Origin: Candidatus Dadabacteria bacterium
Lineage (GTDB): Bacteria; Desulfobacterota_D; UBA1144; Nemesobacterales; Nemesobacteraceae
Assembly (NCBI GenBank): GCA_022822065.1
Contig: JAJECI010000001.1
Coordinates: 23,141-87,140, forward strand
DNA length: 64,000 nt
Direction of reading: 5' to 3'
The position numbers and the translations under genes are program-made. Shown in pieces: positions 1-8,672 of this stretch; the stretch's first letter is position 1; each line of letters starts with the position of its first letter. The notes under the pieces were generated by a model. The model was not told where the DNA came from and did not search any database. It saw only the letters and a list, made by a program, of their open reading frames with translations.

Positions 1-1220
1 AGAAAATCCAGAGTGAGGTGAAGCACCCCGGAGACCTCCTCTCGTATCTGGTCGGGTCGGCAGAATATGTGAGCGTCGTCCTGGGAGAACCCTCTCACTC
101 TCAGAAGACCGTGAAGAACCCCCGAGCGCTCGTACCTGTACACGGTTCCTATCTCCGCCCACCTGATCGGCAGGTCCCTGTAGCTTCTCGTTTTTGACTT
201 GTAGATCAGTATGTGGAAGGGGCAGTTCATTGGCTTTACCTGGTAATCGGAGTTTTCAACCTCCATGCACGAGAACATGTTCTGCGAGTAGAAATCCACG
301 TGACCGCTCGTGCGCCAGAGATCGAGCTTGGCCATATGCGGGGTGTAGAGCAGCTCGTAACCTTTGGAGACATGCTCCTGCTTCCAGAAATCCTCTATCA
401 CACTCCTTACCTTAGCCCCCCTCGGATGCCAGAGGATAAGGCCGGGACCTATCTCGTCGTTCACGCTGAAAAGATCAAGCTCCCTTCCAAGCTTGCGGTG
501 GTCCCTTTTCTTGGCCTCCTCAAGGTCGCGCAGATACTTGCGCAAGTCCTTTTTGTCCCAGAAGGCCGTTCCGTAAATTCTCTGGAGCATCGGGTTGTTC
601 TCGTTGCCCCTCCAGTAAGCCCCGGCGGAACTCGTGAGCTTAAAGGCCTTTATGAGACCGGTTGAGGGAAGATGGGGTCCCCTGCAGAGATCATACCAGT
701 CAGTCTGATCGTATATGGTTATCTCCTCCCCTTCGGGAAGGTCGTTTATTATCTCAACCTTGTAGTTCTCCTTTATCCCGGAGAAAGTGGCGATGGCCTC
801 CTCCCTCGTGACCGTTTTCCTCGTAAGAGGCCGGTTCTTCTTTATTACCTCAAGCATCTTCCCTTCGATGTTCTCAAGGTCCTCAGGAGTGAAGCCCCTT
901 TCGAAATCAAAGTCGTAGTAAAACCCGTTCTCTATCACGGGACCTATGGTGACCCGGGCCTCGGGGAAAAGAGACTGGACGGCTTCGGCCAGGACATGGG
1001 CCGCGGTGTGCCTAAGGAGCCCCAAAGACGTTTCGGTATTGCTTTTTACGGGCAAAAGATCGCAGTCGCCCTCAAGACGGTGCCAGAAATCAACGATCTG
1101 GCCGTCTATGGCGGCGCCTACGGTGCGCTTGTCTCCGTCAAGCTCCGCCAGCACTTCCCCAACGGTGATTCCCGAAGAAAACGTCCCCTGCTTCGCGTCG
1201 ATATTTACCTGTATATCCAA
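1..1220 (-). CDS. thrS: Threonyl-tRNA synthetase, N-terminal ~400 aa (the gene runs off the window start).
   Basis: The minus-strand translation has a TGS-like N-terminus (…VGEVLAEL…IDGQIVDFW…) and class-II aaRS motifs (HRKLGRELDLF, MNCPFH, RVRGFSQDDAHIF). The ORF is open at position 1. The start is probably a TTG near 1220, since there is no in-frame ATG. The provided + strand ORFs 213..665 and 672..1397 are antisense artefacts. Confidence 0.85.
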   Translation of the reverse strand, partial: MDIQVNIDAKQGTFSSGITVGEVLAELDGDKRTVGAAIDGQIVDFWHRLEGDCDLLPVKSNTETSLGLLRHTAAHVLAEAVQSLFPEARVTIGPVIENGFYYDFDFERGFTPEDLENIEGKMLEVIKKNRPLTRKTVTREEAIATFSGIKENYKVEIINDLPEGEEITIYDQTDWYDLCRGPHLPSTGLIKAFKLTSSAGAYWRGNENNPMLQRIYGTAFWDKKDLRKYLRDLEEAKKRDHRKLGRELDLFSVNDEIGPGLILWHPRGAKVRSVIEDFWKQEHVSKGYELLYTPHMAKLDLWRTSGHVDFYSQNMFSCMEVENSDYQVKPMNCPFHILIYKSKTRSYRDLPIRWAEIGTVYRYERSGVLHGLLRVRGFSQDDAHIFCRPDQIREEVSGVLHLTLDF

Positions 1221-1242
1221 CCGATTCGTCCTTTGACATACA

Positions 1243-1317
1243 TGGTGAGCACGGCAGGATTTGAACCTGCGACCCCTTGCACGTCAAGCAAGTGCTCTGC
1301 CACTGAGCTACGTGCTC
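1243..1317 (-). tRNA. tRNA-Val, anticodon GAC, CCA encoded.
   Basis: The reverse complement GAGCACGTAGCTCAGTGGCAGAGCACTTGCTTGACGTGCAAGGGGTCGCAGGTTCAAATCCTGCCGTGCTCACCA folds as a cloverleaf. It has a 7-bp acceptor stem, a GCTC/GAGC D-stem, the anticodon loop TTGACGT and a GGTTCAAATCC T-arm. Confidence 0.9.
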
Positions 1318-1384
1318 AAAAACCTGATATTGTCTTTAATTATCGCATATTGTCAATAACTGCGGGGACGCTTGAGAATGACGG

Positions 1385-2341
1385 TGGTTTCGGGTAGTTT
1401 CACCATTCAGTCAAAGCATCCCGCAAAAACGGGAATCAAGTGGCGGAACCATTCGCAAAACTATACTCAACACGGATTTCATCGGATTCGCAGAATCCAC
1501 CAGAGGCAAGGTAAGAGACATCTACGATCTCGGCGAGCGTATCCTGATGATAGCCACCGACCGCATCTCGGCCTTTGACGTGATACTCCCAAACGGAATA
1601 CCCGCAAAGGGCGAGGTTCTAAACCGCATCTCCGAGTTCTGGTTCAGAAAAACAGAGCACATCATCCCGAACCACATGATCTCGACGGACCCCGGGGATT
1701 TTCCCGAGCCTTTCGGGAACCACGCCGAGACGCTTGCAGGCCGCTCCATGCTCGTGAAAAAGACCGATCCGCTTCCCGTGGAATGCGTCGTGAGAGGTTA
1801 TATAAGCGGCTCGGGGTGGGAGGAGTACAAAAAAACCGGCTCCGTCTGCGCGATACCCCTCGGTGAGGGCCTCGTTGAATCCCAGAAACTTCCGGAACCC
1901 GTCTTCACCCCGTCAACCAAGGCCGAGCAGGGAACCCATGACGAGAACATAACGTTCGGGGAGGTGCAGGATATGATAGGCGGGGAACTCGCGGGCAAGG
2001 TGCGGGACGCAAGCATCGAGATCTACGCTGCCGCCGCCGGAATAGCCGAGGAGAAGGGAGTGATAATAGCCGATACGAAATTCGAGTTCGGCATAGACCG
2101 CGACACTGAAGAACTCATCCTGATAGACGAAGCCCTGACGCCGGATTCTTCAAGGTTCTGGCCCCTGGCGGACTACGCCCCCGGCGGACCACAGACGAGT
2201 TTTGACAAGCAGTTCGTAAGGGACTACCTCAAGCAGACAGGCTGGGACCGGAATCCCCCGGCTCCCGAGCTTCCGCCCGACATAGTGAGGAAAACAAGCG
2301 AAAAGTATCTTGAGATGCTCAGGCTTTTCTGCGGAGGATAG
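1385..2341 (+). CDS. purC: Phosphoribosylaminoimidazole-succinocarboxamide (SAICAR) synthase, long form.
   Basis: Motifs are …[26 protein letters not shown]… and …IADTKFEFG…. The listed ATG at 1547 is internal, because the conserved GKVRDIY block lies upstream. The frame opens after a stop at 1379-1381. The only canonical upstream start is GTG at 1385, so the true start is uncertain. The stop is TAG at 2339-2341. Confidence 0.8.
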   Translation, partial: WFRVVSPFSQSIPQKRESSGGTIRKTILNTDFIGFAESTRGKVRDIYDLGERILMIATDRISAFDVILPNGIPAKGEVLNRISEFWFRKTEHIIPNHMISTDPGDFPEPFGNHAETLAGRSMLVKKTDPLPVECVVRGYISGSGWEEYKKTGSVCAIPLGEGLVESQKLPEPVFTPSTKAEQGTHDENITFGEVQDMIGGELAGKVRDASIEIYAAAAGIAEEKGVIIADTKFEFGIDRDTEELILIDEALTPDSSRFWPLADYAPGGPQTSFDKQFVRDYLKQTGWDRNPPAPELPPDIVRKTSEKYLEMLRLFCGG

Positions 2342-2345
2342 AACT

Positions 2346-2519
2346 TTGGCAAAGACGAGTTCTCCATGCAACGGCATATGCATAATGGACGAGGATACGG
2401 GGCTCTGCGTCGGATGTCTCCGCACAAGCGACGAGATAGCGAACTGGGAAGAATACTCAGACGAGCAGAGGACTGAAGTCATGCGTGAAATAACGCGGCG
2501 GGAAGCGGAGCAGGACTAG
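2346..2519 (+). CDS. Small Cys-rich DUF1289-family protein.
   Basis: Motif CNGICIMDEDTGLCVGCLRTSDEIANW (CxGxC…CxGCxRTxxEIxxW). The likely start is TTG at 2346, 7 nt after a GGAGGA (2333-2338). The listed ATG at 2310 would overlap the purC 3' end. Confidence 0.6.
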   Translation: MAKTSSPCNGICIMDEDTGLCVGCLRTSDEIANWEEYSDEQRTEVMREITRREAEQD

Positions 2520-3331
2520 TGAAGACCGTGAGCATCCTTGGCTGCGGCTGGCTCGGAGAGCCGCTCGCATACTCCCTCAAGGAAGCGGGTTTTTCGGTAA
2601 GAGGGTCGGTCAGGAAACCCGAGGGGCTCACCGCCCTTTCGCAAAAGGGAATAGAATCCTACCTTATAGACATAGCCCCCGAGGTAAACGGAGAGGAGAC
2701 AGACGAATTTTTCTCCTCGGACGTTCTTTTCATAAACTTTCCCCCCGAGCGAAGAGACGACATCGAGACTTACCACGAAAAACAGATCGAAAACCTCATC
2801 GGGGCGATACCGAACCCCCAGGGGAAAATGGTCATTTTTGCCAGTTCGACCTCCGTTTACCCGAATACAAACGGGGTCGTGCGCGAAGAGGACTCCCTCT
2901 ATCCTGACAAACCGTCGGGAAAGGCTCTTCTGCGCGTGGAGAGGCTTCTCACGGACCACCCTGAAATCGATACGACCGTCATACGTTTTTCGGGGCTCAT
3001 AGGCTACGACAGGGCGCCCATAAAATCGATCAGAAGAAAAAAACTGGTGCTTAACCCCAACTGCCCCCTTAACCTCATACACCGCGATGACTGCATAGGA
3101 ATCATTCGAAGCATAATAGATCTTGACGTAAGAAATACCATCCTCAACGCCACCTGCGACGAACATCCCACAAGAAGGGAATATTACTCGCGCGAAGCTC
3201 AAAAATACGGAATCCCGCCGCCGCTTTTCGAAACGGAAAATCCGCCGGAGTACAAGATAGTCTCAAACGAAAAGTTGAAGAGAACACTCGGGTACAGATT
3301 GATTTATCCGGACCCGCTCGGCATACCCTAG
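2519..3331 (+). CDS. NAD(P)-binding Rossmann-fold oxidoreductase, SDR/epimerase-like (YeeZ-like).
   Basis: N-terminal ILGCGWLG glycine-rich dinucleotide-binding motif, GTG start, 270 aa. Confidence 0.5.
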   Translation: MKTVSILGCGWLGEPLAYSLKEAGFSVRGSVRKPEGLTALSQKGIESYLIDIAPEVNGEETDEFFSSDVLFINFPPERRDDIETYHEKQIENLIGAIPNPQGKMVIFASSTSVYPNTNGVVREEDSLYPDKPSGKALLRVERLLTDHPEIDTTVIRFSGLIGYDRAPIKSIRRKKLVLNPNCPLNLIHRDDCIGIIRSIIDLDVRNTILNATCDEHPTRREYYSREAQKYGIPPPLFETENPPEYKIVSNEKLKRTLGYRLIYPDPLGIP

Positions 3332-3526
3332 AGAATGGACAGATTCCCCAGACAATGGGACATGATCTGAAAAGGGATAATTTCCTTTATTTTTAATAAG
3401 GCGCACATCTGGTATTCTTCATTCTTGGCAAACTACTTGTAGTTGCCTGTGCTTAATCTATTCTCAAAGTTGCGCTTCAGGGTCTAATTCACAGTTTTCG
3501 ATCGAGTTGCTTCTTTGGTTCACAAA

Positions 3527-3555
3527 TTGATAAGCTGAAACATACTTCTTAACAT
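3527..3555 (+). promoter_or_regulatory. Putative sigma70 promoter for the DUF262/DUF1524 gene.
   Basis: TTGATA (3527-3532), 17-nt spacer, TAACAT (3550-3555). An AGGAG RBS at 3571-3575 precedes the TTG start at 3583. Confidence 0.3.
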
Positions 3556-3582
3556 GTACGGATTTTTGTAAGGAGAAAATCC

Positions 3583-5691
3583 TTGAAAGCTTCAGAAGCT
3601 CAACTTTTTGGGGTTCTCAAGAAATCACCTCAATTCATCATTCCCATCTACCAGCGTACTTACTCGTGGAGAGAAAAAGAATGTCGTCAGCTATGGCATG
3701 ACATTGTCCGAGCTGGAAATAACGATGCGATACCGTTGCACTTTTTTGGTTCCATTGTCTACATCCAAGAAGGTCTTTCATTAATCACCCATCAAGAACC
3801 GCTACTCGTTATTGACGGCCAACAACGCCTAGCAACAGTTATGATACTCTTGGCCGCTTTGGCAGAAGCACTCGGCGACGAAAGCGAACCTATCGAGGGC
3901 TTTTCTGCCAGCAAACTACGCAATTACTATCTCTTAAACCCTAGCGAATCAGGTGAACGTCGCTATAAACTTCTCCTCTCCCAAACTGACAAAGAGACCC
4001 TTATTTCAATTGTTGATAAACGACAACTCCCTATGTCATACTCGCTTCGGCTCAAAAAGAACTTCGATCTATTCAAAGACCTTATTGCTGAACAACAAGG
4101 AGATTTAACCCCAATTTATAAAGGGGTGGCAAAATTAATTATCGTCGAAGTCGCCCTCGATCGTGATCAAGATAATCCACAGCTTATCTTCGAAAGTCTG
4201 AATTCGACAGGTCGCGAACTTAGCCAAGCAGATCTGGTCAGAAATTTTATTCTCATGGAACTGAAACCAGAAGCTCAAACCCGCATCTATAAAGAATTTT
4301 GGCAACCTATGGAGATAATGTTCGGACAAGAAGCGTATGAAACGGACTTCAACGAATTTATGCGATATTACTTGACTGTGAAAACAGGGGAAATTCCACG
4401 TCGCAATGATGTGTATGAAGTTTTTAAGGAATACGCCAGATCACAAAAGATTGCCGAGGAGAATATTGAGACTCTGGTCAACGATATTTACAGCTTTGCT
4501 AAGTTTTACTGTGCAATGGCTCTTGACCAAGAAACAGACTCTGACCTCAAACTCGCTTTTCATGACCTTCGAGAGTTGAAGATGGGCGTAGTCTACCCAT
4601 TCCTGCTGGAATTATACAAAGACTATATTGACGGACTGCTGACCAAAGAAAACTTTCTTAGGGCTATCAGGTTGATTGAGTCTTATCTTTTCCGGCGTTC
4701 TATATGCACGATCCCGACCAACTCGCTTAACAAAACTTTTGCCACGTTTACCAAGTCCTTGCAAAAAAACCGATACATCGAAAGTATTAAAGCACATTTC
4801 TTATTGTTGCAATCCTATCGCCGTTTTCCAGATGACCAAGAATTCAAACGTGATTTGCAGACTCGCAATCTGTATAACTTCAGAAATCGTAGCTACTGGC
4901 TACGTCGATTGGAAAACCACGATAAAAAAGAACGCGTTCCAGTCGACGAGTACACAATCGAGCATATTATGCCCCAGAACAAAGCCCTGCCCAATGGTTG
5001 GAAGGAAGCTCTCGGCAACGAATGGGAACGTGTTCATCAGACCTATTTGCATACATTGGGAAACTTGACGCTTACTGGGTACAACTCCGAGTATAGTGAT
5101 CACTCGTTCAAAGAGAAATGCAATATGGAAGGTGGTTTCAAGCACAGCCCTCTTAAGGTCAACTCAGGACTTAGTGAATGGAAAACGTGGGACGAAAATT
5201 CAATCAAATCCCGTGCTGAAATTTTAGCGGAGCAAATGGTGAAAATCTGGCAGGCACCCGTATTATCTGCCGAAATTCTTGAGAATTATAAGCCAAAAGA
5301 AAACAGAGCAATTGAGTACTCAATAGATAACTATTCGAATCTGTCGGACCCCCGAATTCGTGAACTCTTTGAAGCGTTTCGCAAAGAGGTTTTAGGGTTT
5401 GATCCATGCGTCTCAGAGGAACGCAGAAAAAACTATATCGCATACAAAGCGGAAACCAATTTCGTATATCTCAATCCGCAAGTAAATCAGCTTCGACTAA
5501 ACCTTATTATCAGCTTTTCAGACATAAATGACCCACGCGGTATTTGCGAGAATGTTCTTCCCAGCCAAGGACATAACCAAGCAAGCCGTGAAGTTGTTGT
5601 CAGGTTTAGAGAAATCGATAAATTACCTTACGTAGTCGGGTTAGCGCGTCAAGCCTTTGAAACACAGCTCGGAAATGGAGACAACACATAG
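3583..5691 (+). CDS. DUF262 (ParB-like NTPase/nuclease) plus DUF1524 (HNH-like) fusion protein. GmrSD/SspE/BrxU-family putative modification-dependent (type IV) restriction endonuclease.
   Basis: The N-terminus has IPIYQRTYSW and DGQQR motifs (DUF262). The C-terminus has …YTIEHIMPQN…LGNLTLTGYN… (DUF1524 HNH-like). It is 702 aa with a TTG start and an RBS, and sits in a lower-GC region. Confidence 0.75.
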   Translation: MKASEAQLFGVLKKSPQFIIPIYQRTYSWREKECRQLWHDIVRAGNNDAIPLHFFGSIVYIQEGLSLITHQEPLLVIDGQQRLATVMILLAALAEALGDESEPIEGFSASKLRNYYLLNPSESGERRYKLLLSQTDKETLISIVDKRQLPMSYSLRLKKNFDLFKDLIAEQQGDLTPIYKGVAKLIIVEVALDRDQDNPQLIFESLNSTGRELSQADLVRNFILMELKPEAQTRIYKEFWQPMEIMFGQEAYETDFNEFMRYYLTVKTGEIPRRNDVYEVFKEYARSQKIAEENIETLVNDIYSFAKFYCAMALDQETDSDLKLAFHDLRELKMGVVYPFLLELYKDYIDGLLTKENFLRAIRLIESYLFRRSICTIPTNSLNKTFATFTKSLQKNRYIESIKAHFLLLQSYRRFPDDQEFKRDLQTRNLYNFRNRSYWLRRLENHDKKERVPVDEYTIEHIMPQNKALPNGWKEALGNEWERVHQTYLHTLGNLTLTGYNSEYSDHSFKEKCNMEGGFKHSPLKVNSGLSEWKTWDENSIKSRAEILAEQMVKIWQAPVLSAEILENYKPKENRAIEYSIDNYSNLSDPRIRELFEAFRKEVLGFDPCVSEERRKNYIAYKAETNFVYLNPQVNQLRLNLIISFSDINDPRGICENVLPSQGHNQASREVVVRFREIDKLPYVVGLARQAFETQLGNGDNT

Positions 5692-6068
5692 AATAAGTTA
5701 GCTTCTGATCTTACGAGACAGAACCACCCCGTTCGTGTTTCTACATGCAAAGTCATTCAGGGCACTCTTGATTCCAATGCATGAATAATACCTCTCAAGC
5801 CACCTTTTAACCTTTAAAATTGTATTAAATATTGAAAACTTTCTTGGAATCCTAAAACATTTTTATACTATTTTCGCTGTCAAGATGCTTTGCAAATAGT
5901 CTTTAAGCACTTGTGCAATCCCGACCAACCATAGGCCGATTGGATGTCACCAGCGTTTCACCGCTGGACAGCAACAAAGTTCCACAGAAGAGGGAATTCC
6001 CGAATTTTCTTGAATTTTCCCGTTTTTTCTCACAAAATAATCAGCAACAACCAAGACGTGAGTCCGCT

Positions 6069-6248
6069 ATGTCCGATGAAATTATGACTCTCAAAGAAAT
6101 AGCTGAATACCTGAAACTGAAGGAGAAAACCGCTTACCGGCATGCTGCCGAAGGTATTTTGCCAGGGTTCAAAGTTGGTGGCGCATGGAGATTCAGAAAG
6201 GCGGACATCGATGCGTGGATCGAAAAAAACAAGAATTCCGCACAATGA
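6069..6248 (+). CDS. Small helix-turn-helix DNA-binding protein (excisionase/AlpA/MerR-like HTH_17 type), putative regulator coupled to the methyltransferase.
   Basis: MSDEIMTLKEIAEYLKLKEKTAYRHAAEGILPGFKVGGAWRFRKADIDAWIEKNK (60 aa). Its stop (6246-6248) overlaps the MTase ATG (6245) as ATGA. The listed longer ORF 5913..6248 has no support upstream of this Met. Confidence 0.55.
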   Translation: MSDEIMTLKEIAEYLKLKEKTAYRHAAEGILPGFKVGGAWRFRKADIDAWIEKNKNSAQ

Positions 6249-7783
6249 CGAAAAAGAGTAAAACCTATCCCGTAATTGATCTGTTTGCTGGGCCCGGAGG
6301 ATTGGGCGAAGGATTTGCATCTCTCAAAAATAAAAACGGCAAAGCTGCATTTGAGTCAGTTGCATCAATAGAAACGGACAAAACTGCTCATGACACATTG
6401 ACGCTCCGACATTTCTTCCGCTGCTTCCGGGAAGACCAGGTCCCCGAGGCCTATTACAGATATGTGTCTGGAGAAATTTCAAAGTCAGATTTAATCGAAC
6501 TTTATCCAAAGCAATGGAATATCGCCTGTGAAAGCTCATTGAATATAACTCTTGGAAGCGAAAACCACGAACTTGTAAAAAAGGCGATAAAAAAGCGTCT
6601 GGCTAGATCAAAAAACTGGGTTCTTGTTGGTGGGCCACCGTGTCAGGCTTATTCTCTTGTCGGACGTTCCCGCATGATGAGAATAGATGGATTTGAAAAA
6701 GATGAGAGACATTTTCTCTACCGCGAATACCTGAAGATAATTGTTGATCACAGGCCTCCGGTTTTCGTCATGGAGAACGTAAAGGGGCTTCTTTCTTCCA
6801 AGACCGATGGGGAATTTGTCGTTCAGAAAATTGTCGATGATCTTTCCAGTCCTATAAAAGCAGTTACGTCAAGACAGAATGGACTACGATACAACCTTTA
6901 CCCGCTTAGCTCTGCCCGGCTTTTCAAGCACGAAGTTGATCCTTGGGAATTCGTTGTCAGGGCTGAGGCTTATGGCATACCCCAAGCACGGCACCGGATG
7001 TTCGTTGTTGGCATCAGGGAAGATATTGATATCAGCCCATCCCCCCTTTCTCCTTCTGACCCTCCGAATGTAAAAAAGGTTATCGGCAACCTGCCTAGGA
7101 TCAGAAGTGGTGTATCTAAAGGCAGCGACTCTCCAGAAAGGTGGCGTTCTATTGTCTCAGAAGCTGCAGAAAGCACATGGCTGAGACAGTTAAGATCTTC
7201 TGATTATGAACGGCTAGTCTCAAAACTTGAGGCTGTAATTTCAAAAATTTCTCATGCTCCGCAACGAACAAGTGCAAAAACGTATAAATCGACACCTGTT
7301 CTGAATGGGTGGTTTTACGATGAACGACTGAAATCTCTTCTCTCACATGAAGCGCGCTCTCACATGCCCAGTGATCTTCATAGGTATCTTTTTGTATCAA
7401 CTTATGCTTCTGTTTTCAGATATTCACCAAAGCTTACAGATTTCCCAGATGCTCTTTTACCGAAGCATCGAAGTGCGTCTCGAGAAAGAAATCCTGTAGC
7501 TTTTTCTGATCGTTTCAGAGTTCAGCTTTGTGAGCGGGTAGCTACAACTATAACTTCACACATTTCAAAGGATGGTCATTATTTCATCCATTATGATCCG
7601 GTTCAATGTCGCAGCCTAACTGTTCGTGAAGCGGCAAGGTTGCAGACCTTTCCGGATAATTATCATTTTGAGGGACCCAGAACATCGCAATACCATCAAA
7701 TTGGTAACGCTGTTCCTCCCTATCTCGCAAGGCAGATTGCAGAAGTAATAAAAGAAGTCATGGACACACTGCCCGAAGACTGA
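6245..7783 (+). CDS. dcm: DNA (cytosine-5)-methyltransferase.
   Basis: Motifs are I DLFAGPGGLGEGF, IV GGPPCQAYS, VI VFVMENVKGL and X QIGNAVPPYLA. The start is taken at MTKKSKTYPVIDLF (6245). The listed start at 6185 overlaps the HTH gene. Confidence 0.9.
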   Translation: MTKKSKTYPVIDLFAGPGGLGEGFASLKNKNGKAAFESVASIETDKTAHDTLTLRHFFRCFREDQVPEAYYRYVSGEISKSDLIELYPKQWNIACESSLNITLGSENHELVKKAIKKRLARSKNWVLVGGPPCQAYSLVGRSRMMRIDGFEKDERHFLYREYLKIIVDHRPPVFVMENVKGLLSSKTDGEFVVQKIVDDLSSPIKAVTSRQNGLRYNLYPLSSARLFKHEVDPWEFVVRAEAYGIPQARHRMFVVGIREDIDISPSPLSPSDPPNVKKVIGNLPRIRSGVSKGSDSPERWRSIVSEAAESTWLRQLRSSDYERLVSKLEAVISKISHAPQRTSAKTYKSTPVLNGWFYDERLKSLLSHEARSHMPSDLHRYLFVSTYASVFRYSPKLTDFPDALLPKHRSASRERNPVAFSDRFRVQLCERVATTITSHISKDGHYFIHYDPVQCRSLTVREAARLQTFPDNYHFEGPRTSQYHQIGNAVPPYLARQIAEVIKEVMDTLPED

Positions 7784-8196
7784 TGACTGATATTTTGAGC
7801 AAAGAAAAGAGAAGCTGGAACATGTCCCGAATCCGTTCGGGAAACACAAAACCGGAAATTGCGGTTCGCCGTATTCTTCATTTCCTCGGATACAGGTTCA
7901 GACTGCACAGAAAGGACCTGCCCGGAAAGCCGGACATTGTTTTGCCGAAATACAAAACCGTTATCTTTGTTCATGGCTGTTTCTGGCACAGACATGAAAA
8001 CTGCCGGTACTCCTACAACCCGAAATCACGCACAAAATTCTGGCAGAATAAATTCGCAGCCAATATTGAGCGGGATAAACAGAATGCAGCAAAACTGGAA
8101 ATACTTGGTTGGCGACGGCTTGTGATCTGGGAATGTGAGACAAAGAACCCGGAGAATATTCGCTCCATTATTGAACGGTTCTTTGAAAAAATTTGA
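7783..8196 (+). CDS. vsr: Very short patch repair endonuclease.
   Basis: RSGNTKPE…GKPDIVLPKY…VIFVHGCFWHRHENC signature. The ATG overlaps the dcm stop (TGATG at 7781-7785). Confidence 0.9.
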   Translation: MTDILSKEKRSWNMSRIRSGNTKPEIAVRRILHFLGYRFRLHRKDLPGKPDIVLPKYKTVIFVHGCFWHRHENCRYSYNPKSRTKFWQNKFAANIERDKQNAAKLEILGWRRLVIWECETKNPENIRSIIERFFEKI

Positions 8197-8342
8197 GATT
8201 TAAAGGCCTTCTGCTCACATATATTAGCCCTCTTACTTTCATATATTCACTAATTTTCGACATATATACTGCATATATATCTGCATAGACGTATCAAATC
8301 TACCCTTAAAATGATACATTTGGCATTTATATATGAAATATA

Positions 8343-8371
8343 TTGACAATATTACATCGTTGGTGTATACT
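8343..8371 (+). promoter_or_regulatory. Near-consensus sigma70 promoter driving the four-gene candidate operon.
   Basis: TTGACA (8343-8348), 17-nt spacer, TATACT (8366-8371). An AGGAGA RBS at 8383-8388 precedes the ATG at 8395. It lies in an AT-rich region with CATATAT-type repeats. Confidence 0.5.
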
Positions 8372-8394
8372 TACCCTTAAACAGGAGACTGGTA

Positions 8395-8625
8395 ATGCGC
8401 GATAAACGTAAAAAATTTGTTGAGCTGGCAGAAGCCAGAGTGAACCGTGCAGTTAAAGATATCCGGCTTATCGGCAATCTCTCCAACCGAGGTTCTTATG
8501 AATATTCAGAGCAAGATGCGCGCGAGATTTTCAAGGCACTCCAAAAGGAACTTGACGCTGCAAAAAGCAGGTTCTCTGAAAATGGTGAGGGTGGAGTCGA
8601 TTCATTTCGACTGAGCAGTCGCTGA
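8395..8625 (+). CDS. 76-aa hypothetical protein, charged and probably helical or coiled-coil. It is the first gene of the candidate operon.
   Basis: Good RBS and promoter. No recognisable motif. A 6-bp-stem hairpin (8595-8612) lies in the 3' end. Confidence 0.5.
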   Translation: MRDKRKKFVELAEARVNRAVKDIRLIGNLSNRGSYEYSEQDAREIFKALQKELDAAKSRFSENGEGGVDSFRLSSR

Positions 8626-8672
8626 TATTTGAAACGCAGACAGTAAAGAACATTTGTTTATAAGAGGTACAA

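Noticed and set aside
213-1397. Plus-strand ORFs 213..665 and 672..1397 (150 and 241 aa).
   Set aside because: They lie antisense to the clearly conserved thrS reading frame, and the second runs through tRNA-Val. They are products of GC-rich antisense open frames.
5913-6068. Upstream extension of the HTH ORF (listed 5913..6248).
   Set aside because: The extension is low-complexity (…NNQQQPRRES…), AT-rich promoter-like sequence. The conserved HTH begins at Met 6069, so the longer ORF is probably non-coding leader.
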